Positions 1 to 13,088 of a DNA stretch of 64,000 nucleotides are shown here, piece by piece (within the stretch, counting starts at the first letter, position 1; the number at the start of each line of letters is the position of its first letter). Location: the NCBI RefSeq assembly GCF_006345805.1, contig NC_043016.1, positions 21,638,001 to 21,702,000 on the forward strand, given 5' to 3'. A model generated the notes under the pieces. The model was not told the origin of the DNA. It made no database searches and saw nothing but the letters and a program-made list of their open reading frames with translations. Made by a program: the position numbers and the translations under genes. This stretch comes from Octopus sinensis (lineage: Eukaryota).

Positions 1-115
1 ATGGTATAATTTAATTTTTCATATTGAATTGATAAAAGGTGGGTTTTTTTCTAATTTATATATATATACACACACATACCGTCTCTCAAACTCGTTACCA
101 CTGGAATATATACAT

Positions 116-410
116 TTATTCTTTTTGTTACAGTCTTTTGACTGTGACCATGCTGGAATGCCACCTTAAAGCTGGGTACTTATTCCATCAGTCCCTTTTG
201 CTGAATCACAAATTTACAGGGTTGTTAACACACTACCACTAGTTGTTGAGCAGTGGTAGGGGATCAAACACACACAGATATATATGCAATAAACTTCTTT
301 CAGTTCCCATCTACCAATCCATTCACAAGGCTTTGGTTGACTGTAGTAGAAGACACTTGCCTACGATACCACACAGTAGGACTGAACCTGGAATCATGTG
401 ATTGAGAAGC
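116..410 (-). mobile_element. tRNA-derived SINE family 1 copy (decayed)
   Basis: Homologous to the 30394-30803 copy (GACTGAACC B-box region, CAAGGCTTTGG, CAGTC...GACTGTG...CATGCTGG tail). Confidence 0.7.
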
Positions 411-420
411 TGTGTGTGTA

Positions 421-1530
421 TTAGATCATCCAATAAATAATGCGGCTTTTTCAATTGCATGAACTAAAAGTTGGAAGGGGATGCGATAAACTATCTGCAT
501 CAACTTGCTATAATAGCAGGTAGTCCTTATTCTTAGTGCAAGGTTTGATGAGTGCAGCTCAATTTTAACAGTTATCTTTTCAAAACTATAATGGAAGTGA
601 TGAAGGAGCATATTCAGAATATTTTTCTTTATGAGTCAACAGCAGTTCCAGAAATTGCAAGCCGCAAACTACAGCCTAGAAGACGAGCCTCATCCTGGAA
701 GATCTGTAGAGCTCAATGAGGATATCCTGCAAACTCTGGTGGAACAAAATCCCATTGTAACTGTTGAGGAACTAACAGAGAAGCTTCAATTTGCTCATTC
801 ATTGACACCTGTGTGTCATTGGAAAAGTCAGAAAATTGGGTTTAGTCTAGTTGCATGCAGGGAGTGAATGTGTGCTCTTCTTTGCTGTCATGTTCCATAA
901 AAGAACCTTTTTTTGGACCAGTGACGAGAAATAGGCTCTCTATAAAAATGTCAAGCACCAAAGACAGTGGGTAGGGAAAGGAGAAACACCAGCACCCCAG
1001 GCTAAAGGTCTTCATCCACAGTGTGGTTATCTGTTTGGTGGAATATGAAAGGTTTAGTCCACTTTGAACTTTTAAACCCAAACCAAATGATAACAGATAT
1101 CTACTATGCGCAACTTGAGTGGCCTAAGTCAGCACTAGAAAAAAAATCAACCATCTTTGGTTTCAAAACGGAAAGCGTTCTTCTATCAGGATAATGCTTG
1201 ATTACATACAATGAGGATGACATTCCAAAGGCTAGAGCAGTTTGAATGGGAGACAATACCCTATCCACCATATCTGCCAGACATTGCTCCATCTATTATC
1301 ATTTATTCTGCACTTCAAAATCATTTGGACGGAAAAAATATGAATTCTGTAGACGAGGCCACTGGAGGAGTAGTTTTCGTCACAGACAAGTGAATTTTGG
1401 AAGAGGGGCCTATCAGATAGATGGAAAAACATTGTAGAATACGAAGGAGAGTATATTTTAGATTAAAAAAGAACTATCTTAATTTTGAAAAATAAAAGTA
1501 TAAAACTGCATTATTTATGGGACGACCCAA
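421..1530 (+). mobile_element. Decayed mariner DNA transposon with TIRs and TA target duplication
   Basis: Left TTAGATCATCCAATAAATAATGC versus right GCATTATTTATGGGACGACCCAA, with TA on both sides. Broken transposase includes EDEPHPGRS and YPPYLPDIAPS (mariner YSPDLAP motif). Confidence 0.88.
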
Positions 1531-1540
1531 TATATATATC

Positions 1541-1915
1541 TTTTACTTGTTTCAGTCATTAGACTACGGCTATGCTGGGGCACCACATTGAAGAGTATTA
1601 GATGAACCAACACTAATTTTTTCTTCTAAGCCTGGTACTCACTCTATTGGTGTCTGTTGCAAAACCACTAAGATATTGGGGTTTTAAAGAAACCACCAAT
1701 GGTTGTCAAACTGTGGCATAGGGAAAACCCAGACACACACACACATATATATATATTAATGAGCTTCTTTCAGTTTCTGTCTACCAGACTACCAAATCCA
1801 CTTACATGGCTTTGGTCAGCCTGAAGCATTAGCAGAAAACATTTGCTAAAGATGGGACTTATACTGGAACTATGTGGTTAGGAAGCAAACTTCTTATCAC
1901 AGTCACACTTATACC
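1541..1915 (-). mobile_element. SINE family 1 copy, near full length
   Basis: Begins TTTTACTTGTTTCAGTCATT (reverse complement of the family 3' end) and ends at the tRNA-like head. Confidence 0.78.
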
Positions 1916-1949
1916 TATATACACACCAATCACAACTCTAATGTATATT

Positions 1950-4549
1950 TTTGCATGAACACACACCTAACAAGATGGCTAAACTGTTACCATTACAAAG
2001 TATGATTGAAGCGCATATAATTTTGCATGAAGTCACTTGTTTTGTATTAAACAGCACTACTATTAAAAATTATTCATCTTTGAATGTGATTCGATCACCC
2101 ACTCTTTAGTTTATTACTAACATGTGTGAGTGTTGGCTTGCTATTTCTAATTAACCAATTTTACAAAATGCTGAATATTCCATGCTTCATAGTTTACCAG
2201 CAGATTTCTAGTGTCTTCTTTGTCTTCAACCTACAGCAAATGAAGGCACAAAAAACATGAAAAATATTCAAACTTGATTCTTCCATGGTTTGTTTGCATC
2301 CATTATTTGAATATGAAGGCCTAATTTTAGAAAGATAATCATATTCAGATTTTAAAATATAATACTTACCATACTTCTATTCTTTAAGACATTAGTGTCA
2401 TTGTAAATCCTATAGTAGTCAAGTATCAACTAAAGTTACACATTCTATTTTGAAAACATAATTAGAGACAAAAATTTAATAACATTTAAGACAAATGTAT
2501 TAAATAGACACTAATTATCTAAGAGAAAATAATTTCAGCATCCCTACCAGTAACTGAAATGAATTGCAACTGAATATTTAGCACAAATGTTAACAAGAAT
2601 TTGTGCATTAATTTTCATTTGGTTAATAAATTTATTGAAATTATATTTACATCTTAATTTGTTGTAGTTTGGATTGCAAATAAAATCCATCACACAGTAA
2701 CTCCAACACTCCTTTAAATGTTCCAACCTGTCAGCCACACTGGAGCAATGCCATTACACTGGCAAAATACAGAGCACACATTACAAGTGCAATAACATCT
2801 AAAACAAGAATTTTTCTAATTTTTTCTGAAGTAAAAAATAGAACAAATATATGGAATTTACAAACCATTTTCTAAGAAATCTTGCCATTTCCTTTTACAT
2901 TTACACAAAAGATTTCCATTTAGGTTCATGGATTTGACACACACACATACACACGTTTTAAGCAGTAACTGGAAATATACATTTACATGTGGGGTAACTT
3001 ATTTAAGCGAAGCTACTAACACAACTCTAGGGAAGGATAAGACTTTTTATAAGATAAAAATGTATTTTTAACTTAGAAAACGTAAGACAAAGACACTGAA
3101 GTTAAAAAAAAATAATATTTTCTCTTAAAAAATACTGTTTCAAATAACTGAAGCCCAAATCTAAGTGAAATAGCATACTGATTTCATATAAGAAATTCTA
3201 TTTGCTTAACTAATTAAATACACTACAATTTCTAAAGGACTCCATTAAAAACTTATCTTTTAGTCTTTTTGAACAGGAATTCAAAATGTACAATGTTGTC
3301 TTCTCTTGCTCAAATAAAAATTTGACAAATGTTACATTCTTACCTACTTGTAATACTCTTAAGTGCTTCCATACCCCTGAAGCACATTTAGTATTAATTT
3401 ATGATAAATGGAGACTAGACTGATATAAAATAAACTTATACATACCATTTATTATTTCTAGTCAAATGATTCAACTATATGCATTAAATTTTGGGAAAAT
3501 TTTCCCCACCTCATACAACTGTAGGTTTAAGAATAACAGCCTTGCTTTTGGTGGACAGAAATATTGAAGTCCAACAATAAAGAAAACCAGTGAGTTTGAT
3601 ATCAAATTAAATTGAAGAGAACCTTGGGAAAAGCTGCAATTTTTTAAATAAATTGCATGTTTAACCTTCAAATACACAATATTCCTTAACATATACTATA
3701 GTCCTTTAAATACAATAAAAATGCAAATCAGTATGAAGCAGGAAGAAAAAAAAAGAAATCTTTAACATATTTTAATAATTTATTCAATAAGGGAATGGTG
3801 ACCAATGCAGCAAGATTGGTAAAAATAAAACATTCCTTCAGTCATTCATGTTTTGTTTCCATTTCAGCAAATGAGAATGGCACTTAAGTTGTCTTCAATG
3901 GTTCAGCCAGCACCCTATCTCACATTTATTCAGAGGACCCTTTCCATAACAGCTCAAATGCACATATCAATAATCCGCCCCAAGTTACTGAATTTTTGAC
4001 ATACCACTTACTAGAATATAGGACATATTTTGGGGGAATGGGTAGGTGTAAATATCTTTTGAATGCAAGTGGGAAATAGAACCCACCTACATGTACATGT
4101 ATACATTGTGTATACATAAAATTGAATAAATAAATCCAAAAATTTCAAATTTAATTTTCATTGAAATGAAAATATTAAATTTTTTTTCCATTCAACCATC
4201 ACCATCTAAGTGGAAGTGTTATCTAATTAGCAATAAATACTATTTGATAAGTATTTTAAATACATTTTATTAATTTTTTAGGATTTTTTTTTAAAAATAT
4301 ATTTTTTTGATATATTAAATAGTGAGATTGCTAGGATGTTTGCCAAATTTTGAATTCAACAGAAGCAACAGCATGACAAGAAAAATTGAATGAAAATATT
4401 TCTCTAGCTATGGCATCATCTGTACTGAATAGTTATATAGTTGTCTTTCATCAATGCATTTTGCAACAAATCTTCAAAAAACATATTGAATGATCCAAGC
4501 AATTCTCTGTATAGTGCAGTGAACTCAATCGACATAAACACACAAGAAT

Positions 4550-4592
<43 letters not shown>

Positions 4593-7331
4593 TGTGTGCA
4601 AAAAGTAGTTTGTTAAAATAAGGAGAAAATGCAATTTTCGGGAGACAGGTCCATTAAAAGTTGCAACATGATATTAACACAATGCCAACTTGAAACAGAT
4701 TTGCAGAGTTAATGCATTAACTTCCTTTGCTGGCTTGCGACATCCAAATAAATGATTTATATTTCAATGAGGAAAGAAAAAAAAATTTTAAATTTTTTAA
4801 AAAAAGAGAAAAAGAGAAAAAAATACCAAAAACTGGATTTCAATTAAGACAATTTCATCAACATTAACATACTTTTCTTGAAGACAACACTGTATTCTTA
4901 AAATTATGACTGAATTGAGTCCAGAATATAAAAATTTCTTATCCTATGCTTAACAATTTATAATCCAGATTTGGGCTATTAAAAATTTCTAGAAAAAACT
5001 GTCAAGCAACATAAAAATTCAAGTAAATAAATGTTTTAGATAACAATTTCCTAAAATAGACGTTTAAAAATTTGTAATTTAAGGTTAGTTAGAAATATTC
5101 AGTTACAAATAGATGCCTGTGCTAGGAGCAGAATTATTTAAAAAGAGAAATCTGAATAAAGTATTCTAATAAATTTTAATTAAAAGATTATACACACATA
5201 TATATACACACACACACACATATTTATACACACACACATACACACACACAACTAGATATTTGAAAGAGTGCAACATTTAATAAACCACAAAGCCTCTTAG
5301 ATATCATAGACACATTCACAATTTTCTTTCTCTCTCTCTCCAGCTCCCACTCATAGAGGTTCTTCAGTTAGGTTTTTAGCACTTATATCTTAAATACCTT
5401 GCATATAGTGTGGTTACATAAAAATTATTATTACAGAGTAGATCTGGACAAAATAAAAGAATTAAAAATTGCTAAAAGCTGATAAAGAAAATCACTGAAA
5501 AATTCCAAAGACTAATGCTTATTAAGCTGGTACAAATACTTAAAATAAATATGGGACAATAAATAAGGATTGTTGACAATCAGAATGACATTTCAAACTA
5601 TTCATCAACAAATAGTTTAATCTGACTTCCTTCTTTAATAGTAAAGCAATTTTTTTTTATCAAATCAGCTTTTCCTCTTCTGTATGTGTATGTGTGCGCG
5701 AATATTTTACACTTGAATAATTCTTCCATAATCTTATAAAATCAATAACTCTTAATCTTTAAAATGGAATCTTACCCTCATTGAAAAGACACTAATTCTT
5801 GCTTCATGGAATTCGTTTGGCAGTGTCCACAGAATTTTCTTTTTCTTTTCCCATTTTTTTTTCACATACTAAAATAAATGCTCACTTCAAATTGCATGAT
5901 GCTTAGGTTTCATATAAATGAAATCATAGTGCACATAGTTATACAAACACAATTGTGATTTGCAAATATTTTATCAAACTGTTTTCCGAAAGCCATATTT
6001 TTTTTTTTTTTTTGTGTGAAATGTCTATAGTACAACAGGAGCGTATTTTAAAAGTTATCAACAATTATCTTACAAATAGAGTTTTGAATGAGGACTCTGA
6101 AATAAGATTCAATAAATTTTCAGAGTTTAGAATGCAAGAAAAACTTGCTTTTCTAATACTTTCTGGCAAAACAGCACAAAACATTCAAGGACACATCTAC
6201 ATGAACAATAACAGTATCAGTTATTTAATTTATAAAGACTTCAACAAAATTGCTGTTACAGAAAGCATGGCAGCTATGCCATGATAGCTTAATCCTCTAG
6301 AATGGATAAAAGTGCAGCAGTCAAGCTTATCAAGTCTGTATTTGACTGGACTTGACTACAATGTGAGCTTTCTAAGGGGAAGGAAAAAAAATTAATATAA
6401 TTTTCTTTTTTTAATTTTCAGGTTTTTTTTTTTTCGGTTTTGGTAATGTATGTTATTTGTCTAGTATGGACAATTATGTAAGTCTGTAAAATAACACATA
6501 AATGCAATTAAAAATGGATTCAATAATTGTTCAAACTGATAGAAATTTTACCAGCACAAAGGATAATGATTAGTCTTATGCCTTTTCTAAAATTTTAAAA
6601 TTGAGGTGGGTTTAATGAGCATATCTATTTTACAAATGAGCAATGGTGATCACTTCTCAAAAGGTAGCTTTTCATTGATATGTTAACTGCAACAATAATG
6701 TTGAAGCACAGTGAATCAACTTAGAAACAGGGCATCAAGCAATCTTGTTCTGTCGTCAGTTCACACCTATCTCACATAGAACTCACTTGAACATAAGCCT
6801 TTGAAATAGGAAAGGTGCACACATTTATAAAGATATTAGTATATCATTAAGTAAAAATGTGTGTCCGTACAACAATTCATTCTGTGAATTGAATTCGAAT
6901 AAAAATGTTCTGTGGAAATAACAATATAGGTCATTAGGTTTATGCACACTGATTTGATTAACCTTTTCTTGAAATGAGTGTTGAATCCTAAAACAGTAAC
7001 ACCTAAACAAAGGATATTGGTTCAACTATCTACCAGAGGAAGAACTAGGCACATTTGCAATGCAAAGGATGACAGACTTTCCATGAACTACCTATACAAA
7101 TTATTGTGTACAGTTTATAATTAGATAAATTCTTGTCCATTGGTAATGTGATAGAAGTTAATTCAATTGCTACCTACAATTTTTATGTATAAAATAAACA
7201 TCTCTTCCTCTGAAAAATTTTCACTTTTGTTCTGGAAAAAACAGACAAAATATAACGTCAATGACCATTCTCTACAATGGGTTTTATACAGATCACTTGG
7301 TTTGCCCCCTTTACTTTGTTTTCAGTCTTCA
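1950..7331 (-). other. Probable long CBP 3' UTR / downstream region (end not determinable)
   Basis: About 5.4 kb of AT-rich, largely TE-free sequence directly after the stop codon, with several minus-strand AATAAA hexamers (plus-strand TTTATT). Confidence 0.4.
4548..4595. repeat. (GT)n microsatellite
   Basis: Directly visible. Confidence 0.95.
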
Positions 7332-8025
7332 CTACACCTTTTCAACCAATTTTAAAGAGTCTGGATTTATTGAAGCAACTTCAGAGTCTTGTCCATGTGA
7401 TAAATCTGAAGAACTAGGGCTTTTTAACTGTGAAACATTACCATGAGTTTGTAATTGTGGAAGCATGACCTGATCTGAATGAATTTGATTAGGATCTGGT
7501 GTAGTGGCTTGTCCAGCCACAACCGAATGTGGTGAATGAGTAGTAGGAGGTATATGATGTGATTGTTGAGGCTGTCTAGGTGAAGGAATGGGTTGCTGCC
7601 GTGGAGATGGAGTAGGTTGTGGTGAACGGACAGTTTGTGGTAATGTGGAAGTTGGGGGTGAACGAACTTGTTGCATAATTTGTTGTGGAGAAGGAGCAGT
7701 CTGTTGAGCAAGCATCTGTTGTGGACTAACAGGTTGTCCACCAGAGAGATGCTGTTTTATTTGTTGTTGATGCTGTTGAACCTGTTGCATCATTTGTTGC
7801 TGTTGGAACTGAGCCATATGCTGGGAACCATCTCCTTGAACTCCTTGCTGAGGAAAATTCATTCTTGTTCGTTGTGTAAATTGGGGCTGTGGTTGTGGCT
7901 GTTGAAATGGAGTAATCTGTTGTCTAGGTATAACTGGACTCATTTTAGAATACCATATTGGTTGCTGCTGTGATGGAAGTTGTTGCCCTCCTGGTTGTTG
8001 GAGACTTTGCATATTAGGCATCTGC

Positions 8026-8057
<32 letters not shown>

Positions 8058-9074
8058 CTGTTGCTGTTGTTGTTGCTGTTGTTGCTGTTGCTGCTGCTGT
8101 TGATCTTTATTTTTAAGAAAAATTGCCATTAAACTTGGATTTGATTTTAAAATATTTAAAATCTGAGTTTGTTGTTGTGGTGATTGCGGGGTTTTCAATA
8201 CTTGCATTAACTGCTGCATAGAAGCTTTTGATTGAATTTGATTCATACCAGGGTTTATAGGAGCACCAAGTTGTTGTGGCTGTTGCATTGGCATTCTCTG
8301 AGGTGGCATTTGACGTGGTTGTGGTGGTGGTTGTGGTGGAGGACCTTGTTGACTTGGATAATTTTGCCATGGTTGCACCATGGCACCCTGTACAGATTGT
8401 GGCATGGGGTTCATTGGTTTTGGTTGCATAGCCTGCATTTTCGCCTGTGGTGGTAAATTATTAATAGGTCCTGATGGCTTACCTAAAGAAACAGCTTGTC
8501 GCTGTGCAGCTTCTTGAGCCTGACGAGCAGCTTGCATAGCACCTGGGGGTGGCCCCTGAGGTTTCCCCCCAAAAGGAGGTATTTGTGGCTGCTGAGGCAT
8601 AGGCTGAACATTATTACTATTAGAGTTCCGTTGAGACATAGTTTCCATGCGCCGCCTAATCATTCGTGCTTGTTGCAGTCTTTGTTGTAATTGCTGCTGT
8701 GTTAATTTATGTTTAATTTGGAAACAGAATGGAGCCGGGCATTTATTTTCTGTACAATGTTTTGCATGGTAGCAGCAAAGTGCTAGCAACTGTTTGCAAA
8801 TGGGACAACCACCAGTAGTTTTCCGTTTACATATTTTTGTGTGTGCTACAACACGTTTCATTCTCTGACAATTTGCCAGTCTACAATTAGCATCTCTACA
8901 CTGATATGCATGAATAATAGACTGAATACATCTTTGAACAGACTGCCGTCGACATTCCTGAGGATTTTCTTGCTTTTCTGCTGAAGTAGCTCCATCATCA
9001 AGGTCAAATCCAAGTTTATCCATTTTATGAGGATGACCTTCTTTTTCATAACAAGGAACACAAAGATCAAAATC
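7332..9074 (-). CDS. CREBBP: CBP terminal exon: ZZ end, TAZ2, NCBD/IBiD, polyQ, stop TAG
   Basis: ORF 7332..9080, acceptor AG at 9075-9076. TAZ2 HCCC motifs and NCBD '[18 protein letters not shown]' present. Confidence 0.97.
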
Positions 9075-12000
9075 CTGCAAGATTAAAAAAGAAAAAATAT
9101 TTTATAATCATTTATGTACAAATATAAATCAATCTCGATTTTGTAATTTTTAATTGTTAGCAGTATCAAAGCTAAACAGGGTTCCAGTAAAAACTAACTG
9201 AGGTATAAAAATATAGAGCTGTTTGTATAATACTAATATTCCTAATACAATTACTTTTGGCCTATTACTGATACATATTTTAAATAAACTATAGACAAAT
9301 AAGTACAAGATAGTTCAAGTACAGTAAGACTACTAAATTAGATACTATATTTTCATTTTCAAGTAATAGCATATTTAAAAAAATTTTTTTACTTACATCA
9401 CACTGTGAACAATGGTACCGTGTTTCAACAAGAGACTTGCAGTGATTACAATTATAGGCAAAGCTGTCTCTTCCCTGATTATGCAGTTCATAAAGTAAAG
9501 CCATTGATGAATATTTGGCTCTTCGTAAAGAAGAAAATTCATAATGTTTTTCCCTAGCAATAGTGAGAAATGCATCCCGACCATCCATTAAATCACAAGA
9601 AATTAAGGGATCTGGGTCTTCAATATGGGGTAAGCTCCCTGCTGACTGCACTGAGTGAAGACGGATGACAAAAAAGACCTGAAATTTAATATATAAATTA
9701 AATTAATACAAATTAAATTAATAAAAATTACAAAAAGAAAAAGAAAAAGAAAAAAAAAACTGAATTAATTTTCTAAGTTATGAAAATAAGATAAATTCAG
9801 ATATGTCAATTATGTTTTATAATGAAATAAACGTGATTACATACTTCCTTGTGTTTTTCCATAGTGGAATATAACTTTGCTGAGAGATCATTTCCACCAT
9901 GAGGAAGATTTGTTTTCTTATTATTTTTCCGTTGGTTGCTTTTATTTTTATTGGCTTTTTTATTTCGACCACTTTTCTGGCCCTTCTTTTTGCCCTGGCC
10001 ATTCTGAAACGATGACTACAAATATTTTAATAATTAATGGTAATCTGTAAAGATGAGTGGCAAGTTAACAACTTCGGGACATACAAATAAGATATAAGAG
10101 TACGAGTGAATGAATATCTAAATATATGCAGACATTTATACATGCTCACTTGATGTCATAAATCTTGACCATGGATTGTGACTAGAAACAGCATTTGAAG
10201 GCAGTGCCTGTCAATCTCCCTAGTCAAATTGTCTTGCCTTCATTAGCAGGTTTCACAGGCTTTCCTCATATATCAAATTCCTGCTTAGTGCATGTTCCAA
10301 AGAGAGTGATCACTAGCAACCTCCTCCCACCTTCTAAAGACTGTATAAAGAAATTTTAAATCTTTCTTGCAGATTAACAACAGGTCTTTTGGAATCCTTC
10401 CACTTGATATGTTGTGTATGTGGACATAAGTCATGTTCTCATAGTAGGTGACTTAGTTAACTAACTCGTGTACTGAAAGAGGGTCCCATTAAATGTATCC
10501 CCCAAAAGGAGGCCAACACTTTTCTCAGGTTGGAGAGAAGCCCAGTTTGTTGAACTTTTCACAATCCCAGACTAACAGCTGAGCAGAGATCTTGTGAAAC
10601 AAAGTTCTCAGATCACATCACATCGACAAGCTGTCCAGTGCTCTCTTTGACACCTTTCCAGCAACACCAACCCTGTAAAGCAATTCACTGCAGCCATTTT
10701 AGCCTGCTAAACTACTGTGGTCAGACCTCTAAGTTGTAAGAGTGGGATCAGATTATGCAGACTGATTCTTGCTTAAAGCCCTACAGTACCAGGAATGTTT
10801 ACACAGCCACTTGAGGATGTGAAGAACCTGCTATCATATATATATGTACATGGATGTATGCACGCACACACACACAGAGGACTACTTATCTTGTGTTTCA
10901 TGCTCTTAAAATATTTCTTAGTCATACTAGGAAGATTAAAAAAGTGAGTGCAGAAGTCAGTGAGGAGCAAGGTGGATTTGGGACCAACAGAGGTGCAAGA
11001 AATGCCATATTCTGTCAAGTCAGATCAACATCATTTGTGTTAACTGACACCAAAAGGCAGCCATCAAAATAGACTGTGAATTTTCAGAACCAACATAGAT
11101 CAAAAGAGGAGTAAGGGAAGGATGTGTTATCGTCAAACATACCAATATTTATACTGAGTATATATTCAGAGACTGAAATGAAAGGACACACACACTGTAT
11201 TTCTAGAATCTTATCTTCACCAAGATGGGTGAGTCTTCTTAAGTACTGCATTTCTCCAGTCATCCTGATCTTTTGTTATCTCCTCTTTGAAAGCCTCAAG
11301 AACAGTCTATTACTACTGCCAATGTCTTCCTGGCTCTTTCAAACACCTCCTTAAGTGATCAGCACTGCTTTATGCAACTGTCCTTATTCACACTGGTGCA
11401 GCCTCATTTGATTCCTTTAATTGCTAATTTTCTCTCAACATATTTGAAGTATATTGTTCAAGCTCACAACTATTCTTTCTAGTCTTTGCAAATATTCTGT
11501 ATTCTAAAGCAGTGGTTCTCAACATTAGTGGGCTTAAATTTTGAGGGTGCCTGCGAAAATTTTGAGAGGGCCTTGGAAATTTTCTAGCTGTTCACTTTAT
11601 TGAAGAACTGACTGTATGAGAAGAAATGTTCTTTATGAAAGCATTAACTGATACAAAGAGTGAGACTATATTTGAAGTCATCAAATCTTATTTTGAAGAA
11701 AAAGAAATCCCATTATTGAATCTGCTGCAAATTGCTATGGATGGTGCAATGACAGGTAGACACAATAGATTTATAATGAAACTGAAAGAACCCACCACCA
11801 CCACGTCTTGTCAACCCATTGCATCATCCATTAACAACACCTTGCTGCTAAATCAGTCAATAGTAAAATAGAGAGTGCCTTCCAATAAGCGATTTCATCT
11901 GTCAATTTTGTCGAAGCCAAAGCTTTTAACAAAAGGCTATTTTCACAACTCTGCGAAATTGAGGAGAACCAAAAGCTTCTGTTACATACCAAAGTTCGAT

Positions 12001-13038
12001 GGCTGTCAAAAGGCGATTGTCTCTCACGCCTTGTACAAATGTGCAATACACTTCTGCTTTTCCTTGAGAACATGCAACTTCAAGCAAGCCAGCAGAAGCA
12101 AACTTCCTGCTTGAAGTTGTGAATGATCTCAACACAAAGGCAAGAATTTTCTATCATGCCAACATTTTTTCGCAGGTCAATGCCTTTAAATAAATTGATT
12201 CAAGGATGCAGTGCAATGATAGTGGATTGTACTGAAAAGAAATGGTCTTTCATAAACAGGCTTGGTTTATGGGTAATTCAGCTTCAAAGGAGTGAATTTG
12301 CTTTTTTCAGTCATCTTGTTAAAACAACCATCATCAGCTGTGTCAGCCATTTGAAGAGTTTGCAAATGGAACGAGAAGACACTTCCAGGATAAACTCGAC
12401 TAGAAGTCACCAAAGTAGCTTTTTTACCTTCATCATCATGATGTCATTAGTGATCAAGATCTTAATCCCTAACTTGCAGCTGGTCTTGATCTTAAGGAGA
12501 ATGCAACCTTAATGACAAAGTTGAATAGAGACGGTCTTCATGGCCGGCTACATGTAAAGACAGCATTTACAACACAAACCCGTTCCGCCTCTGCTTTCTA
12601 ACATCCTGGTTAGTCGAAGCTGGATTTTCTGCAGTGAGCGACATTTTTACTTCACCACCCCACCCAAAAAAAGAACCGAGTGTTCTTTCTTTGAATTGTG
12701 AAAAGAGGAGATTTGCACCTCAAGTTGAACCGCTCCTTTGAAATTCAAATTGATAACCTCACTGAAAAACACCAACCACAATGTAGCCATTAAATTGCTT
12801 CTTCAATTGTTATAAAATAAAAATGTAAATGTACTTTTCTTCCATTCTTAGATGGGCTTTTTTGCTTGCAGGTTCCATAAACAAGAAGGTATTATAACAC
12901 TGATGTATTTAATTAGCGATTGTGATTGTGCCTGCATATGAAGCTGCATGTGGAAACAATTACTACTTTATGGGGTTTATATTCCGAAAGAAGGTTGGAT
13001 AACTGGTTTAGAGGTCAGTGGGCCTGTTTTTTGTTTTT

Positions 13039-13088
<50 letters not shown>

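Noticed and set aside
7424-9070. Overlapping and antisense ORFs within the CBP terminal exon
   Set aside because: Shadows of Q/P-rich codon usage with no independent signals.
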